The notes beneath the pieces were generated by a model. That model did no database searches, had not been told where the DNA came from, and was given only the letters and a program-made list of their open reading frames with translations. 64,000 bases of DNA from an uncultured Gammaproteobacteria bacterium. GTDB taxonomy: Bacteria > Pseudomonadota > Gammaproteobacteria > Steroidobacterales > JBCBZW01. This document shows, one piece after another, positions 27,121-36,692 of this stretch; the first letter of the stretch is position 1; every line of letters starts with the position of its first letter. The stretch lies in the NCBI GenBank assembly GCA_965369325.1, contig CBDUQI010000007.1, forward strand, positions 92-64,091, in the 5' to 3' direction. The position numbers and the translations under genes are program-made.

Positions 27121-27320
27121 ACGCACGACGCGAAGTTCACTGGTATAGCGAACCGACTATGATACTTGTCGCGGGAATTTTGTGTTTTGCTTTACTGTCT
27201 GGCCTTTCGATGTTGTGGATGGCCACGAATCAGAGCGACACTCTGCTACTAAGCGACGAGGAATACGCCCAATGGCGCGACGACATGCGCGCCACGACAC
27301 CGCCCTCGCCCCATGACTAG
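27117..27320 (+). CDS. ccoH: short FixH/CcoH-like single-TM protein
   Basis: 67 aa, one TM. Sits in the canonical ccoH slot with ATGA overlap to ccoG and an 8-nt overlap with ccoI. Much shorter than the typical FixH of about 160 aa. Confidence 0.45.
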   Translation: MNARREVHWYSEPTMILVAGILCFALLSGLSMLWMATNQSDTLLLSDEEYAQWRDDMRATTPPSPHD

Positions 27321-29829
27321 CTCTTGCTTTCATTGCCACGAGCCGGTGCCGGCCGGGGTTGACCTGACGATACGAGTCAACGAGCGCGAGCGGGCGGTGT
27401 GTTGCACCGGATGCCTTGCGGTAGCCCGGTTGATTCTTGATGGCGGTCACGCGGACTACTATCGGTTCCGAGAACGACCCGGCCAATCTATCAGCGTTGA
27501 CGAGCTAAACTCGATATCCCGGTGGCGCGCGTTTGATGCTGAATGTCCAACTGATGCAGAGGGTTTCGCCTCGGTGCATATGCTCATCGAAGGGCTGCAC
27601 TGCGCGGCGTGTTCCTGGCTCATCGAATCCGCCCTCGGCAAGTTGGATGGCGTTCAAAGCATCCAGGTAGATGTATCCAGCGGCACTGGGACTCTACGCT
27701 GGGCCCCATCAGTACGCCCGCTGAGTGAAGCACTGGCTGTTCTCGTGCGGCTGGGATATCGGCCCCACCCGCTGGAGAGCAACAGCGCAAGCCGCGCGCA
27801 TCAGCACGAACGCAGCGACCTACTAAAGCGATTGGCCGTAAGTGGACTCGGCATGATGCAGGTCATGATGTTTTCGGTGGCCACCTACGCGGGCGCCATG
27901 CAAGGCATCGACCCGGCGATCGAGCGCCTTCTTCTAGGGGTATCAATGATCGTGGCTGCCGCTGTCGTGTTCTACGCCGGAGCACCGTTCCTCAGCGGTG
28001 CCCTGCGCGCCCTGCTCACACGCCGTCTCAACATGGATGTGCCTGTGGCCATCGCGTTGTTGTTAGCGTTTGGCGCCAGCTGCCTGCACTTCTACAAAGG
28101 CGAAGGCGCGACCTACTTTGAATCCGTTAGCATGTTTGTATTTTTCCTGCTGTGTGCCAGGTTTGTCGCAATGCTGGTGCGGCACAAAGCGCTGGATGCG
28201 AAACTCGCACTCGCGCCGATGCTACCTGACGTGGCACTGAAACTGATCCACCATGATGGGCACAAGGAAGAGCCGATCACCGCGCCGGTGCCACGCACCA
28301 CGTTGCGCCCTGGTGATCTCATTCGAGTGCCCGCCGGTGAGGCGGTTGCCGCCGATGGCGTCGTGGAGCATGGCAGTGCGCACCTTGATGAGTCGCTTTT
28401 GTCGGGCGAATCGGAGCCCGTCGCGAAACAGCCCGGCGACACTGTGCTCGCGGCCAGCATCAATCTTGATGGTGCACTGCTCGTTCGGGTATGCGCTGCG
28501 GACGCCGATAGCCGAGTCGCCCACATCGCTACCACGCTTAGCGCCGTGCGCCACCAGCGACCAGTCTATGCGGGTCTTGGGGAGCGGCTGGCGCGACATT
28601 TCGTACTGGCCTTGCTCGTGGTGGCGAGCGCCGTCGGTGCTGTCTGGTGGCTGATCGCGCCGGAGCGGGCGCTGGGAATCGTACTCGCCGTTCTGGTGGT
28701 GACCTGCCCGTGCGCACTGTCGCTGGCGATCCCGACCGCCCTTTCCGCAGCCGCCTCGCAGCTCGCCCGAGGTGGCTTGTTGGTGAACCGCTTAGAGGCA
28801 CTAGAAAGCCTGAGCCGTATCACGCACGCAGTGTTCGACAAGACCGGTACCTTGAGTCAGGGCAAACCGGTCATCGATGACGTCGTGGTCAACCCCGCCC
28901 ATTCTCAAGCAGTCTCTGCGGAAAAATTGTTGTGCCTGGTGTCCAGCCTTGAACAACACGCCAGCCATCCGCTCGCCGAAGCATTCCGACATATCCCGCC
29001 GGCAGGCCCGGCGCGAAACGTTCAAACGATCTTTGGATGTGGTTTGTGCGGTAGCGTTGGTACTCGAGCACTCAGGGTTGGGCATGGCGAATTTGTTGGC
29101 GTCGATCTCCGTCACCCTTGGGCGCGACAAGCGAATGTATTGGTGGCCGATCAGGATGGGCTGCTTGGCGCAGTGATGCTCAGCGATGCGTGGCGAGCGG
29201 ACGCCAGGACCACCATCGATGCTCTGCGAGCGCGTGGAATTCGGAGCGAAATTTTAAGCGGCGACCGACCAGAACGCGTTAACGAGGCAGTGCGTGCGCT
29301 GGGCCTCGACAGCGGCACCGCTTCATGCCTTCCCGAGGAGAAGGTGTCGCATTTGCATATGCTACAGGACCGCGGTGAAGTAGTATTGGCGGTAGGCGAT
29401 GGCGTGAATGACGCGCCGTTATTGGCGGGCGCGGACGTCTCGGTAGCGCTCACCAGTGGCGCTCAACTGGCACAGAGCGGGGCAGACATCGTGCTGACCG
29501 GATCTGCGCTGCATCCGCTAACGTTGCTTCCAGACCTCGCCCAAAGACTACAACGCACCATCCGCCAGAACCTGCTCTGGGCCATTGGCTACAATGTGCT
29601 CGCCGTACCGTTAGCCGCTCTGGGCTTGATCGGCCCCGGGTTTGCCGCGTTAGGCATGTCGTTAAGCTCCCTATTCGTGGTACTCAACTCCTCGCGCTTC
29701 GCCTGGCAAGGCGAACGCGGCTTTGCCGCCGCCCGCGCTGCTGGTCAGGCAGCAAAGGGATCGAACAGCACTCGCCTGCCCGTCAGCCCACAAGCAGCTA
29801 TGGGCAAACCGGTGAGGCCCGCGGGATGA
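27313..29829 (+). CDS. ccoI: copper-translocating P1B-type ATPase CcoI/FixI
   Basis: 838 aa. N-terminal CFHCHEPVP and CCTGC, HMA-like CAAC, TM CPC, DKTGT, GDGVNDAP. Confidence 0.9.
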   Translation: MTSSCFHCHEPVPAGVDLTIRVNERERAVCCTGCLAVARLILDGGHADYYRFRERPGQSISVDELNSISRWRAFDAECPTDAEGFASVHMLIEGLHCAACSWLIESALGKLDGVQSIQVDVSSGTGTLRWAPSVRPLSEALAVLVRLGYRPHPLESNSASRAHQHERSDLLKRLAVSGLGMMQVMMFSVATYAGAMQGIDPAIERLLLGVSMIVAAAVVFYAGAPFLSGALRALLTRRLNMDVPVAIALLLAFGASCLHFYKGEGATYFESVSMFVFFLLCARFVAMLVRHKALDAKLALAPMLPDVALKLIHHDGHKEEPITAPVPRTTLRPGDLIRVPAGEAVAADGVVEHGSAHLDESLLSGESEPVAKQPGDTVLAASINLDGALLVRVCAADADSRVAHIATTLSAVRHQRPVYAGLGERLARHFVLALLVVASAVGAVWWLIAPERALGIVLAVLVVTCPCALSLAIPTALSAAASQLARGGLLVNRLEALESLSRITHAVFDKTGTLSQGKPVIDDVVVNPAHSQAVSAEKLLCLVSSLEQHASHPLAEAFRHIPPAGPARNVQTIFGCGLCGSVGTRALRVGHGEFVGVDLRHPWARQANVLVADQDGLLGAVMLSDAWRADARTTIDALRARGIRSEILSGDRPERVNEAVRALGLDSGTASCLPEEKVSHLHMLQDRGEVVLAVGDGVNDAPLLAGADVSVALTSGAQLAQSGADIVLTGSALHPLTLLPDLAQRLQRTIRQNLLWAIGYNVLAVPLAALGLIGPGFAALGMSLSSLFVVLNSSRFAWQGERGFAAARAAGQAAKGSNSTRLPVSPQAAMGKPVRPAG

Positions 29830-29984
29830 AGATTCTGTTTGTACTAATTCCATTGAGCCTGTCGTTATTTGCAATTGCCGTTGGAGCTTTCTTCTGGATG
29901 GTGCGCCATCGACAGTTCGACGATCTGAACTCCGCAGGATGGCGTGTGCTGTTAGATGATGCACAGGATCACCCAGACCCATGA
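29826..29984 (+). CDS. ccoS: cbb3 oxidase maturation protein CcoS/FixS (52 aa)
   Basis: Below the ORF-track size cut-off. Hand translation: MKILFVLIPLSLSLFAIAVGAFFWMVRHRQFDDLNSAGWRVLLDDAQDHPDP. Its ATG overlaps the ccoI stop, and its TGA overlaps the next ATG (29981). Confidence 0.8.
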   Translation: MKILFVLIPLSLSLFAIAVGAFFWMVRHRQFDDLNSAGWRVLLDDAQDHPDP

Positions 29985-30700
29985 TTCCGGAGTCGATGAC
30001 CGCAGGCGCCGCCCTGCTGACCGGCTTGATGGCAAGCGGCCACTGTCTTGGCATGTGCGGGCCAATGGCGGCGCTCGGCGCGTCGAGTGACGGCAGCCAA
30101 CGGGGCCGGCGCTCGTTGCTCTACAACACCGGGCGAATGATGAGCTACACGGCCATGGGGGCAACGTTCGGGTATCTTGGTTTCGCGCTGGGTGACGTTG
30201 CCGGAATTGCGCATTGGTCGGGGATGCTACGTCTTGCTCTGGGTGGCATATTGCTGCTAATCGGACTTCAACTTCTGCGCCGGCGCCCTGGTGTATCGGT
30301 GTTCGAGCGTGTGGGTGCTCGTTTGTGGGCCCAGCTAACGCCGCTCACCCATCGCCTGAGGCCAGCAGAAAATCACCGCGACCTGTTTGTACTTGGGTTG
30401 CTGTGGGGTTGGCTGCCGTGCGGCATGGTCTACAGTATGCTGGCGGTCAGCGCCGTCTCGGGTGGGGCCCTGCAAGGGGCCAGCATCATGTTAGCTTTTG
30501 GGACGGGTACTTTACCAGCAATGCTGGGCGTGTCTCTGGCTGGCTCACGTCTGCGCGGCCTCGGCACCATGGCGTCACGCCGGGCGTTAGGCGCCGCGCT
30601 GATTGTTGGCGGCATATGGCTGGCCATGATGCCGCTCTACCATGCATTGCCTTCAAACCAACCCGGCGCACCCGCACACCACCACGCCCTGCACCACTAA
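29981..30700 (+). CDS. DsbD_2 / TauE-SafE-like membrane protein commonly found after ccoS
   Basis: 239 aa, about 6 TM. Motifs GHCLGMCGP and WGWLPCGMVY. Confidence 0.65.
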   Translation: MIPESMTAGAALLTGLMASGHCLGMCGPMAALGASSDGSQRGRRSLLYNTGRMMSYTAMGATFGYLGFALGDVAGIAHWSGMLRLALGGILLLIGLQLLRRRPGVSVFERVGARLWAQLTPLTHRLRPAENHRDLFVLGLLWGWLPCGMVYSMLAVSAVSGGALQGASIMLAFGTGTLPAMLGVSLAGSRLRGLGTMASRRALGAALIVGGIWLAMMPLYHALPSNQPGAPAHHHALHH

Positions 30701-30712
30701 CGCCAGCGGCCT

Positions 30713-31351
30713 CTAGCTTTCGAAGTATCCCGCTCGGAACAGTTCGCGGATGAGTTGTGCGAGGGAGGTGACGCCCATTTTTTCCATCACATGCGCACGA
30801 TGTATCTCCACTGTCCGCTGCGAGATACTCAAGTCAACCGCGACCACCTTATTGGCTTTGCCATCGGCTACCATCGCCAGCACGTCGCGCTCACGCGGCG
30901 TAAGTGAGGCCAAACGCGCCCGTGTATCATTCATCGAAGCCGTCATGTCGATCTCGACCTGATTGGAGTCCAACACCTCGTGGATACGATCAAGTAATTC
31001 TTGATCGCGGAAAGGCTTAGGCAAAAAATCAACGGCGCCCCGCTTAAGCGCTTCGACGACCATTTCAATGTCGCCGTGGCCGGAGATAAAGATTATCTTC
31101 AGCGCAGTACAACCCCTGTCCTTCAGCATCTGTTGTAACTCAAGCCCGCTCATTGAGGGCATTCGCACATCCAGCAACAATACGCCGGGCTCGCCATCAT
31201 AATGCTCGAGAAAGTCGTTCGCCGATGCGAATGCAGCGGCCTGAAGGCCTACCGAATCCAAAAGAAAACTCAAACTGTCGCGCACCGCCGCATCATCGTC
31301 CACCACATAGATGCGCTGACGGGTCGGCAATTCAGAGACTGACTTAAACAA
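30713..31351 (-). CDS. fixJ: two-component response regulator, FixJ/LuxR type
   Basis: REC domain (YVVDDDAAVRDSL...LLLDVRMPSMSGL) plus LuxR HTH (LTPRERDVLAMVADGKANKVVAVDLSISQRTVEIHR). The track ORF extends to 31387. TTG 31351 is preferred, 9 nt after GGAGG. Confidence 0.85.
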   Translation of the reverse strand: MFKSVSELPTRQRIYVVDDDAAVRDSLSFLLDSVGLQAAAFASANDFLEHYDGEPGVLLLDVRMPSMSGLELQQMLKDRGCTALKIIFISGHGDIEMVVEALKRGAVDFLPKPFRDQELLDRIHEVLDSNQVEIDMTASMNDTRARLASLTPRERDVLAMVADGKANKVVAVDLSISQRTVEIHRAHVMEKMGVTSLAQLIRELFRAGYFES

Positions 31352-32513
31352 TATCGCGGCCCTCCGTTGCGGGTAGAGTAAACACAAAACGCATGCCGCC
31401 AGCCGGATTGGGTGCGCAACTCAAGCGCCCACCGTGGCGTTGCACAATCGTACTGCAAATTGACAACCCGATCCCCATACCGTCCGGTTTGGAGGTTTCG
31501 AACGGATTGAAAATTGCGTCCAACTTCTCATGCGGCACGCCCTCGCCGTGATCGACGACCGCTACTGCAACCCCGTCCCCATCCCGGTCCACGCTGGTCT
31601 CAATACAAATACCCAACTCTGCCTGGGAGCGCTTGATCATGGCTTCAAGCCCGTTGCGTACCAAATTAATCACCACTTGCTGAATCTGCACCGCATCAAT
31701 CTCCACTAGCGGCAGCTCATCACCCAGCGCGAGACGAATGGGCGCGTCACTGTCGCGCGCCTCGGTTTCAATCAACACGAGAAGATCGCGAATAACGTCG
31801 TTAATGTTCAGACGCTCGCGCGGTGTTTCATGTTCCTGCGCCAGTTCGCGCATACGCACAACCACATCGCCAGCGCGGCGTGCTTGCTGCGCAACACAGC
31901 TCATGGCGTAAGCCAGCTTCTCCAAATCCGGCGTGTCCTGCATAAGCAATCGCTGGCCAGCGTCAGCATACGTGGTAATCGCCGACAATGGTTGATTGAT
32001 CTCGTGGGCAATTCCGGCGGCCATTTCGCCCAACGTACTGACCCGATGCACATGCGCCAGCGAACGCTCCAACTGCCGGCCGTGCGCGCGCTCCATACGC
32101 AATTCGTTTTGCAGGCTGGTGCGCCGTCGCAGATCACGCATGATGCCTACGAACAGCGAGCGCTCCCCCATTGGGGCCTCGCCGACCGAGAGATCTATCG
32201 GAAACACCTCCCCGTCGCTGTGACGGGCCTTAACCTCGCGCCCGATCCCAATAATGCGGGGGTCACGGGTACGCAGATACCGGCTCATGTACCCATCATG
32301 CTCGGAACGGTAGGGCTCAGGCATCAAAACCGTCACGTTCCGACCGATCACCTCGTGCGCCGTATACCCAAACATCCTCTGCGCACCGCTGCTGAAGGAC
32401 AAAATACTGGCGCGCTCATCAATCACGACAATCCCGTCCACCGCCGCGCCGAGCAACGCCTCCAGTAATCCATCACTGGCACTCTCGATAGCATCCCTGG
32501 ACGTCTTACTCAT
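31344..32513 (-). CDS. fixL: PAS-domain sensor histidine kinase, FixL-like
   Basis: PAS region (DGIVVIDERASILSFSSGAQRMFGY...), H-box AHEINQPL, ATPase G-boxes (DHGEGV, GMGIGLS). The track ORF starts at 32666. ATG 32513 (MSKTSRDAIE...) is preferred because the longer form overlaps the divergent USP gene. Confidence 0.8.
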   Translation of the reverse strand: MSKTSRDAIESASDGLLEALLGAAVDGIVVIDERASILSFSSGAQRMFGYTAHEVIGRNVTVLMPEPYRSEHDGYMSRYLRTRDPRIIGIGREVKARHSDGEVFPIDLSVGEAPMGERSLFVGIMRDLRRRTSLQNELRMERAHGRQLERSLAHVHRVSTLGEMAAGIAHEINQPLSAITTYADAGQRLLMQDTPDLEKLAYAMSCVAQQARRAGDVVVRMRELAQEHETPRERLNINDVIRDLLVLIETEARDSDAPIRLALGDELPLVEIDAVQIQQVVINLVRNGLEAMIKRSQAELGICIETSVDRDGDGVAVAVVDHGEGVPHEKLDAIFNPFETSKPDGMGIGLSICSTIVQRHGGRLSCAPNPAGGMRFVFTLPATEGRDIV

Positions 32514-32639
32514 CTGTTGCTGCGCCTGCGCATACGTAATTTCCGAAGCTGGCCATCGGATAGCCCGCGATGTGTCCTCAATTGTGGGAGTGTACCTTCT
32601 GTCGTAATTATCACAATTCCCCAGTCCCGGAGTGAATAG

Positions 32640-33587
32640 TTGAGAACATTTGTCATCGACTATCAAAAATCACCCCCCGATTCCAGCAAGGATACGCCGC
32701 CGAGCATTACCGCTGCGCACTCGTTGCTGGAGGAAGGCGATAGCGTTCGACTGTTTCACAGTGTTTTCCATCCTCAGCTGGCCGATGCCGACTCCAAGCC
32801 TGACAAGCACATACTGCGCGAAGCGATAGACCTGCTGTTGCACGGCCGACGCGATTCGCTGGGTCGCATCGGCGAGACGTTCGCGCGCTATGACCTCGAC
32901 TCGCAAGTGGCGTGGACGGACTGCGGCTGGCAGGCGCTGCTGCGGTACGCCCGCGCGCAACATGCAGATATGGTAATCGCCCAGAGCGATCGCCCCACCC
33001 GTTGGCAACGTATTTCGCACCTGAACCGGGATTGGCAATTGATCCGCCACTGTTCTGCGCCACTAATGCTAACGCGCCCGGGCGCTACGCATCAGTACCA
33101 ACGCATCCTCGCGGCCGTCGACCCGGTGCACGTCGACGACAAACCGGCGGAGTTGGATCATCGCATCTTGCGCCATGCCGCCGCGATCGCGCGACGTCAC
33201 AAATCATCTTTCCACGTCCTGAACGTTATCCCACCAATCGGCCCGGTCGCCGCAGGCGTCGGCGGGGTTCCTGCCACCTTCACCGAGCCGGTGTTCGACG
33301 GCGTACTTGAAGGGCGCCGCCAACTCCTGCAACAGCTTGTCAGCACCTTGGATTGCCCCGTGGATGATGTACGGGTTGTTGTCGGCGTGCCCTCGCACGA
33401 GATCGTAGCGCACGCAGCGAAACAGAATGCCGACCTTGTCGTGATGGGCGCGGTGTCGCGAACGGCGCTACGCAATCTTCTTATTGGCAGCACTGCCGAA
33501 AAAGTGTTGGATCAATTACGTGCCGACACCCTGATCATTAAGCCAGGAGCACACACACGCCGGGGTCAAACCGGCGCGACTTGCTAA
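32640..33587 (+). CDS. tandem universal stress protein (UspE-like)
   Basis: 315 aa with two USP-like halves. C-terminal motif DLVVMGAVSRTALRNLLIGSTAEKVL. TTG start is uncertain. Confidence 0.7.
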   Translation: MRTFVIDYQKSPPDSSKDTPPSITAAHSLLEEGDSVRLFHSVFHPQLADADSKPDKHILREAIDLLLHGRRDSLGRIGETFARYDLDSQVAWTDCGWQALLRYARAQHADMVIAQSDRPTRWQRISHLNRDWQLIRHCSAPLMLTRPGATHQYQRILAAVDPVHVDDKPAELDHRILRHAAAIARRHKSSFHVLNVIPPIGPVAAGVGGVPATFTEPVFDGVLEGRRQLLQQLVSTLDCPVDDVRVVVGVPSHEIVAHAAKQNADLVVMGAVSRTALRNLLIGSTAEKVLDQLRADTLIIKPGAHTRRGQTGATC

Positions 33588-33638
33588 GTCGCGGGCAAAC
33601 TCATCAACAACCCCAAGCGCCGGTATGTTCGCGACAGC

Positions 33639-35153
33639 TCACCTCAGTTTCATCCAGGCGGTCTTGATGTTGACGTAGTTCTCGAGCGCGTGGAGCGACT
33701 TATCGTGACTATTCCCCGACTCCTTGACCCCACCCAGCGGCACCGTCAAATCCGATCCACCGTAGCAATTGACATGCACCGTTCCCGCCTGGATGCGGCG
33801 TATCATCCGATGCGCAGTATTCAGGTTCGCCGTCCATACACCGGCGGAAAGACCGAAACTCGTCGCATTCGCAATGCGAATCGCCTCCTCCTCATTCTGG
33901 AATCGAAGAACACTGAGGACGGGGCCAAATACTTCTTCGCGAGCGATAGCCATCTCTGGCACAACGCCGGAAAAGACGGTGGGAGCCATGTAAGCGCCGC
34001 CGGTGCCGGCATGCAGCACGTGCCCGCCTGTTCGCAGTTCAGCCCCCTCGCTTTGTGCTTGTTCGACCAAGCCGCAAATGCGCGACAACTGCTCGTGGCT
34101 TGCCACAGCACCCACGTCGCTCATCATTGAGAGGGGGTCGCCGACCACGAGCGCTTCGGCAGCCGATGTGATCTTATCGATCACTTCATCGGCAATACAC
34201 TCCTGCACCAACAGCCGGGTCGCGGCGATGCAGACCTGACCGGAATTACGGAACATCCCGTTGGCGCTCGCCTTCACCGCCGTATCGATGTTCTCTACGT
34301 CCTCGAAGATGATATTAGGCGATTTACCGCCGAGTTCCAGATACACACGCTTGAGATTCGATCTCGCCGAATACTCGAGCAGGCGCCGGCCAACGCCGCC
34401 GGAGCCTGTGAAAGCGATGACATCAACATCCTGATGGAGCCCCAGTGCTTCGCCGGCAACATCACCCAGCCCGGTCACCACGTTCAGCACCCCAGCTGGC
34501 ACGCCAGCTTCCAGCGCCAGCTGCGATATCCGGATGAGCGACAGCGACGCGATCTCAGGTGGCTTCATTACCACAGAATTGCCCGCCGCCATCGCCGCAG
34601 AAAATTTCCAAGCGCCTATCATCAGCGGGAAGTTCCAGGGAACGATCACCCCCACCACGCCCACGGGCTCGCGCTGGATCAGCCCAACAATGTCATCGGC
34701 ACTTGGCGCGATCTGGCCGTAGACCTTGTCGATGGCCTCTCCGTAGTACTCAATGGTGTTAGCCGCCCCCAGCGGTTCCGCTTTTATCGCCATCTGGATC
34801 TCGGTGCCGTTGTCACGCGTCCCGAGCACGGCCAGTTCCATCGCATGATCGCGCACGAGTGCGGCCCAGCGATGCATCACCTTCTTGCGCTGCGCGGGCG
34901 CCATTCGCGACCAGTCGCCACGGTCGAATACGCGGCGGGCGGCAATTACGGCCGCATCCACGTCGCCCGATGCGGCGGCGGCCAACGTCGTCAGCGGCGC
35001 GCCGTCGATCGGGCTGCTGACACTGAGCGTTTCGCCGGATTGCGCCGGAACCGTCTTGCCTTCGATCAACAGCCCCTGTGGCAGGATGGGGGCGTTACGG
35101 AGTGCATCAATATCAACCTGATTGAGCATTTCTTTCATTAGCCTCGAACACAT
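33639..35153 (-). CDS. NAD(P)+-dependent aldehyde dehydrogenase
   Basis: 504 aa. ELGGKSPNIIF, catalytic-Cys region NSGQVCIAATR, EEVFGPVLSV. Confidence 0.9.
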   Translation of the reverse strand: MCSRLMKEMLNQVDIDALRNAPILPQGLLIEGKTVPAQSGETLSVSSPIDGAPLTTLAAAASGDVDAAVIAARRVFDRGDWSRMAPAQRKKVMHRWAALVRDHAMELAVLGTRDNGTEIQMAIKAEPLGAANTIEYYGEAIDKVYGQIAPSADDIVGLIQREPVGVVGVIVPWNFPLMIGAWKFSAAMAAGNSVVMKPPEIASLSLIRISQLALEAGVPAGVLNVVTGLGDVAGEALGLHQDVDVIAFTGSGGVGRRLLEYSARSNLKRVYLELGGKSPNIIFEDVENIDTAVKASANGMFRNSGQVCIAATRLLVQECIADEVIDKITSAAEALVVGDPLSMMSDVGAVASHEQLSRICGLVEQAQSEGAELRTGGHVLHAGTGGAYMAPTVFSGVVPEMAIAREEVFGPVLSVLRFQNEEEAIRIANATSFGLSAGVWTANLNTAHRMIRRIQAGTVHVNCYGGSDLTVPLGGVKESGNSHDKSLHALENYVNIKTAWMKLR

Positions 35154-35156
35154 ATC

Positions 35157-35202
35157 GGTTCACTATTTGAACCCTAGTTACAAATAATGCTTGCAAATTT
35201 GC
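35157..35202. promoter_or_regulatory. two palindromes in the divergent aldehyde-DH / IclR intergenic region (candidate operators)
   Basis: GGTTCA-N5-TGAACC (35157-35173) and the perfect 10-bp palindrome GCAAATTTGC (35193-35202). Confidence 0.25.
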
Positions 35203-35257
35203 CGTTTTCAGTCAAGAATTGCCTGCCTTTTCGCCCGCTTGGAGCTATTGCGCGGCA

Positions 35258-36040
35258 ATGCAAACCGTTCAAAAAGCGCTATCACTGCTCAACTACTTTA
35301 CCGAGCAGACGCCGGACTTCGGGCTAACGGAAATGGCCCGCACATCTGGTTTTGACAAGGCATCGACCCGGCGCCTACTGGTTGCGCTGCAGTCCAAAGG
35401 CTTTGTGGAGCAGGACGTCAATACTCGCAGGTACACACTGGGGTCGGCCATCCTCCGGCTCGCGAAGATTCGCGAATCCATTCGCCCCACTCACCTAGTT
35501 GTGGCCCCGATCCTGTCCGCACTGATGGAAGCCGCCGGCGAAACCGCGCATTTCTCTCTCTACGCTGGCGGACAACTCGGCACTGTCGCCGCCATAGAGC
35601 CTTCCAAAGCAAACCGTGTGATTCTGCAAGAAGGTGAGGTATTGCCCGTGCATGCCTCGGCCTCGGGTCTCGCCTACCTGGCGTTCGCCCCTCCGAGTAT
35701 TGTGAAAACCGTGCTCGCGAAAAAGATGACTGCCTTTACGTCGGATACGGTCACTGACGTGTCCCTCATACGTCAGATGCTTACTACTGTCAGGGAACAA
35801 GGATACGCCGTTTCCCGAAACGGCTTCGAGGACGGTGTCTGCGGTATCGCGGCACCGGTCTTTACGGCTGGCGAATTCGCTGAAGGCGCCGTCGCAGTGG
35901 CAGCCCCCGGCTCGCGGGTAGATACCACCGATCTCGAGGTGTTGCGCAAGCGGGTGATCGCCACCGCACGCAGAATTTCTGCGGAGCTCGGCGCGGCATA
36001 CCCGATTGACGAATGCGGCGCCCGGAGCGTCGTGGCATGA
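35258..36040 (+). CDS. IclR-family transcriptional regulator
   Basis: N-terminal wHTH (VQKALSLLNYF...LTEMARTSGFDKASTRRLL) plus IclR effector domain. Start moved from 35219 to ATG 35258. Confidence 0.85.
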   Translation: MQTVQKALSLLNYFTEQTPDFGLTEMARTSGFDKASTRRLLVALQSKGFVEQDVNTRRYTLGSAILRLAKIRESIRPTHLVVAPILSALMEAAGETAHFSLYAGGQLGTVAAIEPSKANRVILQEGEVLPVHASASGLAYLAFAPPSIVKTVLAKKMTAFTSDTVTDVSLIRQMLTTVREQGYAVSRNGFEDGVCGIAAPVFTAGEFAEGAVAVAAPGSRVDTTDLEVLRKRVIATARRISAELGAAYPIDECGARSVVA

Positions 36041-36690
36041 GCTTGGATCGTGCACTCGTGCTCGATTTCGGCGGCGTCATTTCGAAAACACTGTTCGAAG
36101 ATCATGCCAGGAACGAGGCCGCGCTGGGGCTGGAAGCTGGCACATTAACGTGGATGGGACCGTTCGATCCTTCGTCCGATCCGCTTTGGGTGAAAATGCA
36201 GAACGATGAAATCTCCGAGCGGGACTATTGGCGCTTGCGTACGCGGGAAGTGAGCGAACTCGCTGGTCGGCACTGGAGCGAAATGTCGGATTTCGTGCGT
36301 GCCGTTCGAGGTGACGAGTGCAACGCGATAATTCGCCCCGAAGCCACGCAGCTTGTGCATGAAGTGAAACAGGCCGGTACGAAACTGGCCATCCTGTCGA
36401 ATGAACTCGATCTGTTTTATGGCGAAGGTTTCACCGCACGCTGGGATTTTTTCGATGCGTTTGACGCGGTGGTTGATGGCACATACACGGGCGTGCTTAA
36501 ACCCGACATCCGCGCATATACAAACTGCGCCGAAACGTTGGGCGTTGCACCCGCCGACTGCGTTTTCATTGACGACCAATTGAGGAACGTCCGGGGTGGG
36601 ATGCAGGCTGGGATGATGGCCGTACACCTAAACGTCACCCAGCCAGGCGATGCGTTTACGCGCGCAAAACAACTTTTATTCGAGGACTGA
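36037..36690 (+). CDS. HAD-superfamily hydrolase (subfamily IA-like)
   Basis: Motif I LVLDFGGVI, later SNE...; motif IV FIDDQLRNVRG. ATG 36037 overlaps the IclR stop (ATGA). Confidence 0.8.
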   Translation: MSLDRALVLDFGGVISKTLFEDHARNEAALGLEAGTLTWMGPFDPSSDPLWVKMQNDEISERDYWRLRTREVSELAGRHWSEMSDFVRAVRGDECNAIIRPEATQLVHEVKQAGTKLAILSNELDLFYGEGFTARWDFFDAFDAVVDGTYTGVLKPDIRAYTNCAETLGVAPADCVFIDDQLRNVRGGMQAGMMAVHLNVTQPGDAFTRAKQLLFED

Positions 36691-36692
36691 TT

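Noticed and set aside
32514-32666. Longer FixL start at 32666, overlapping the divergent USP gene start.
   Set aside because: The extra 51 residues lack PAS or TM features and would overlap the USP coding start. ATG 32513 leaves a normal divergent intergenic region. This is not experimentally decidable from the sequence alone.
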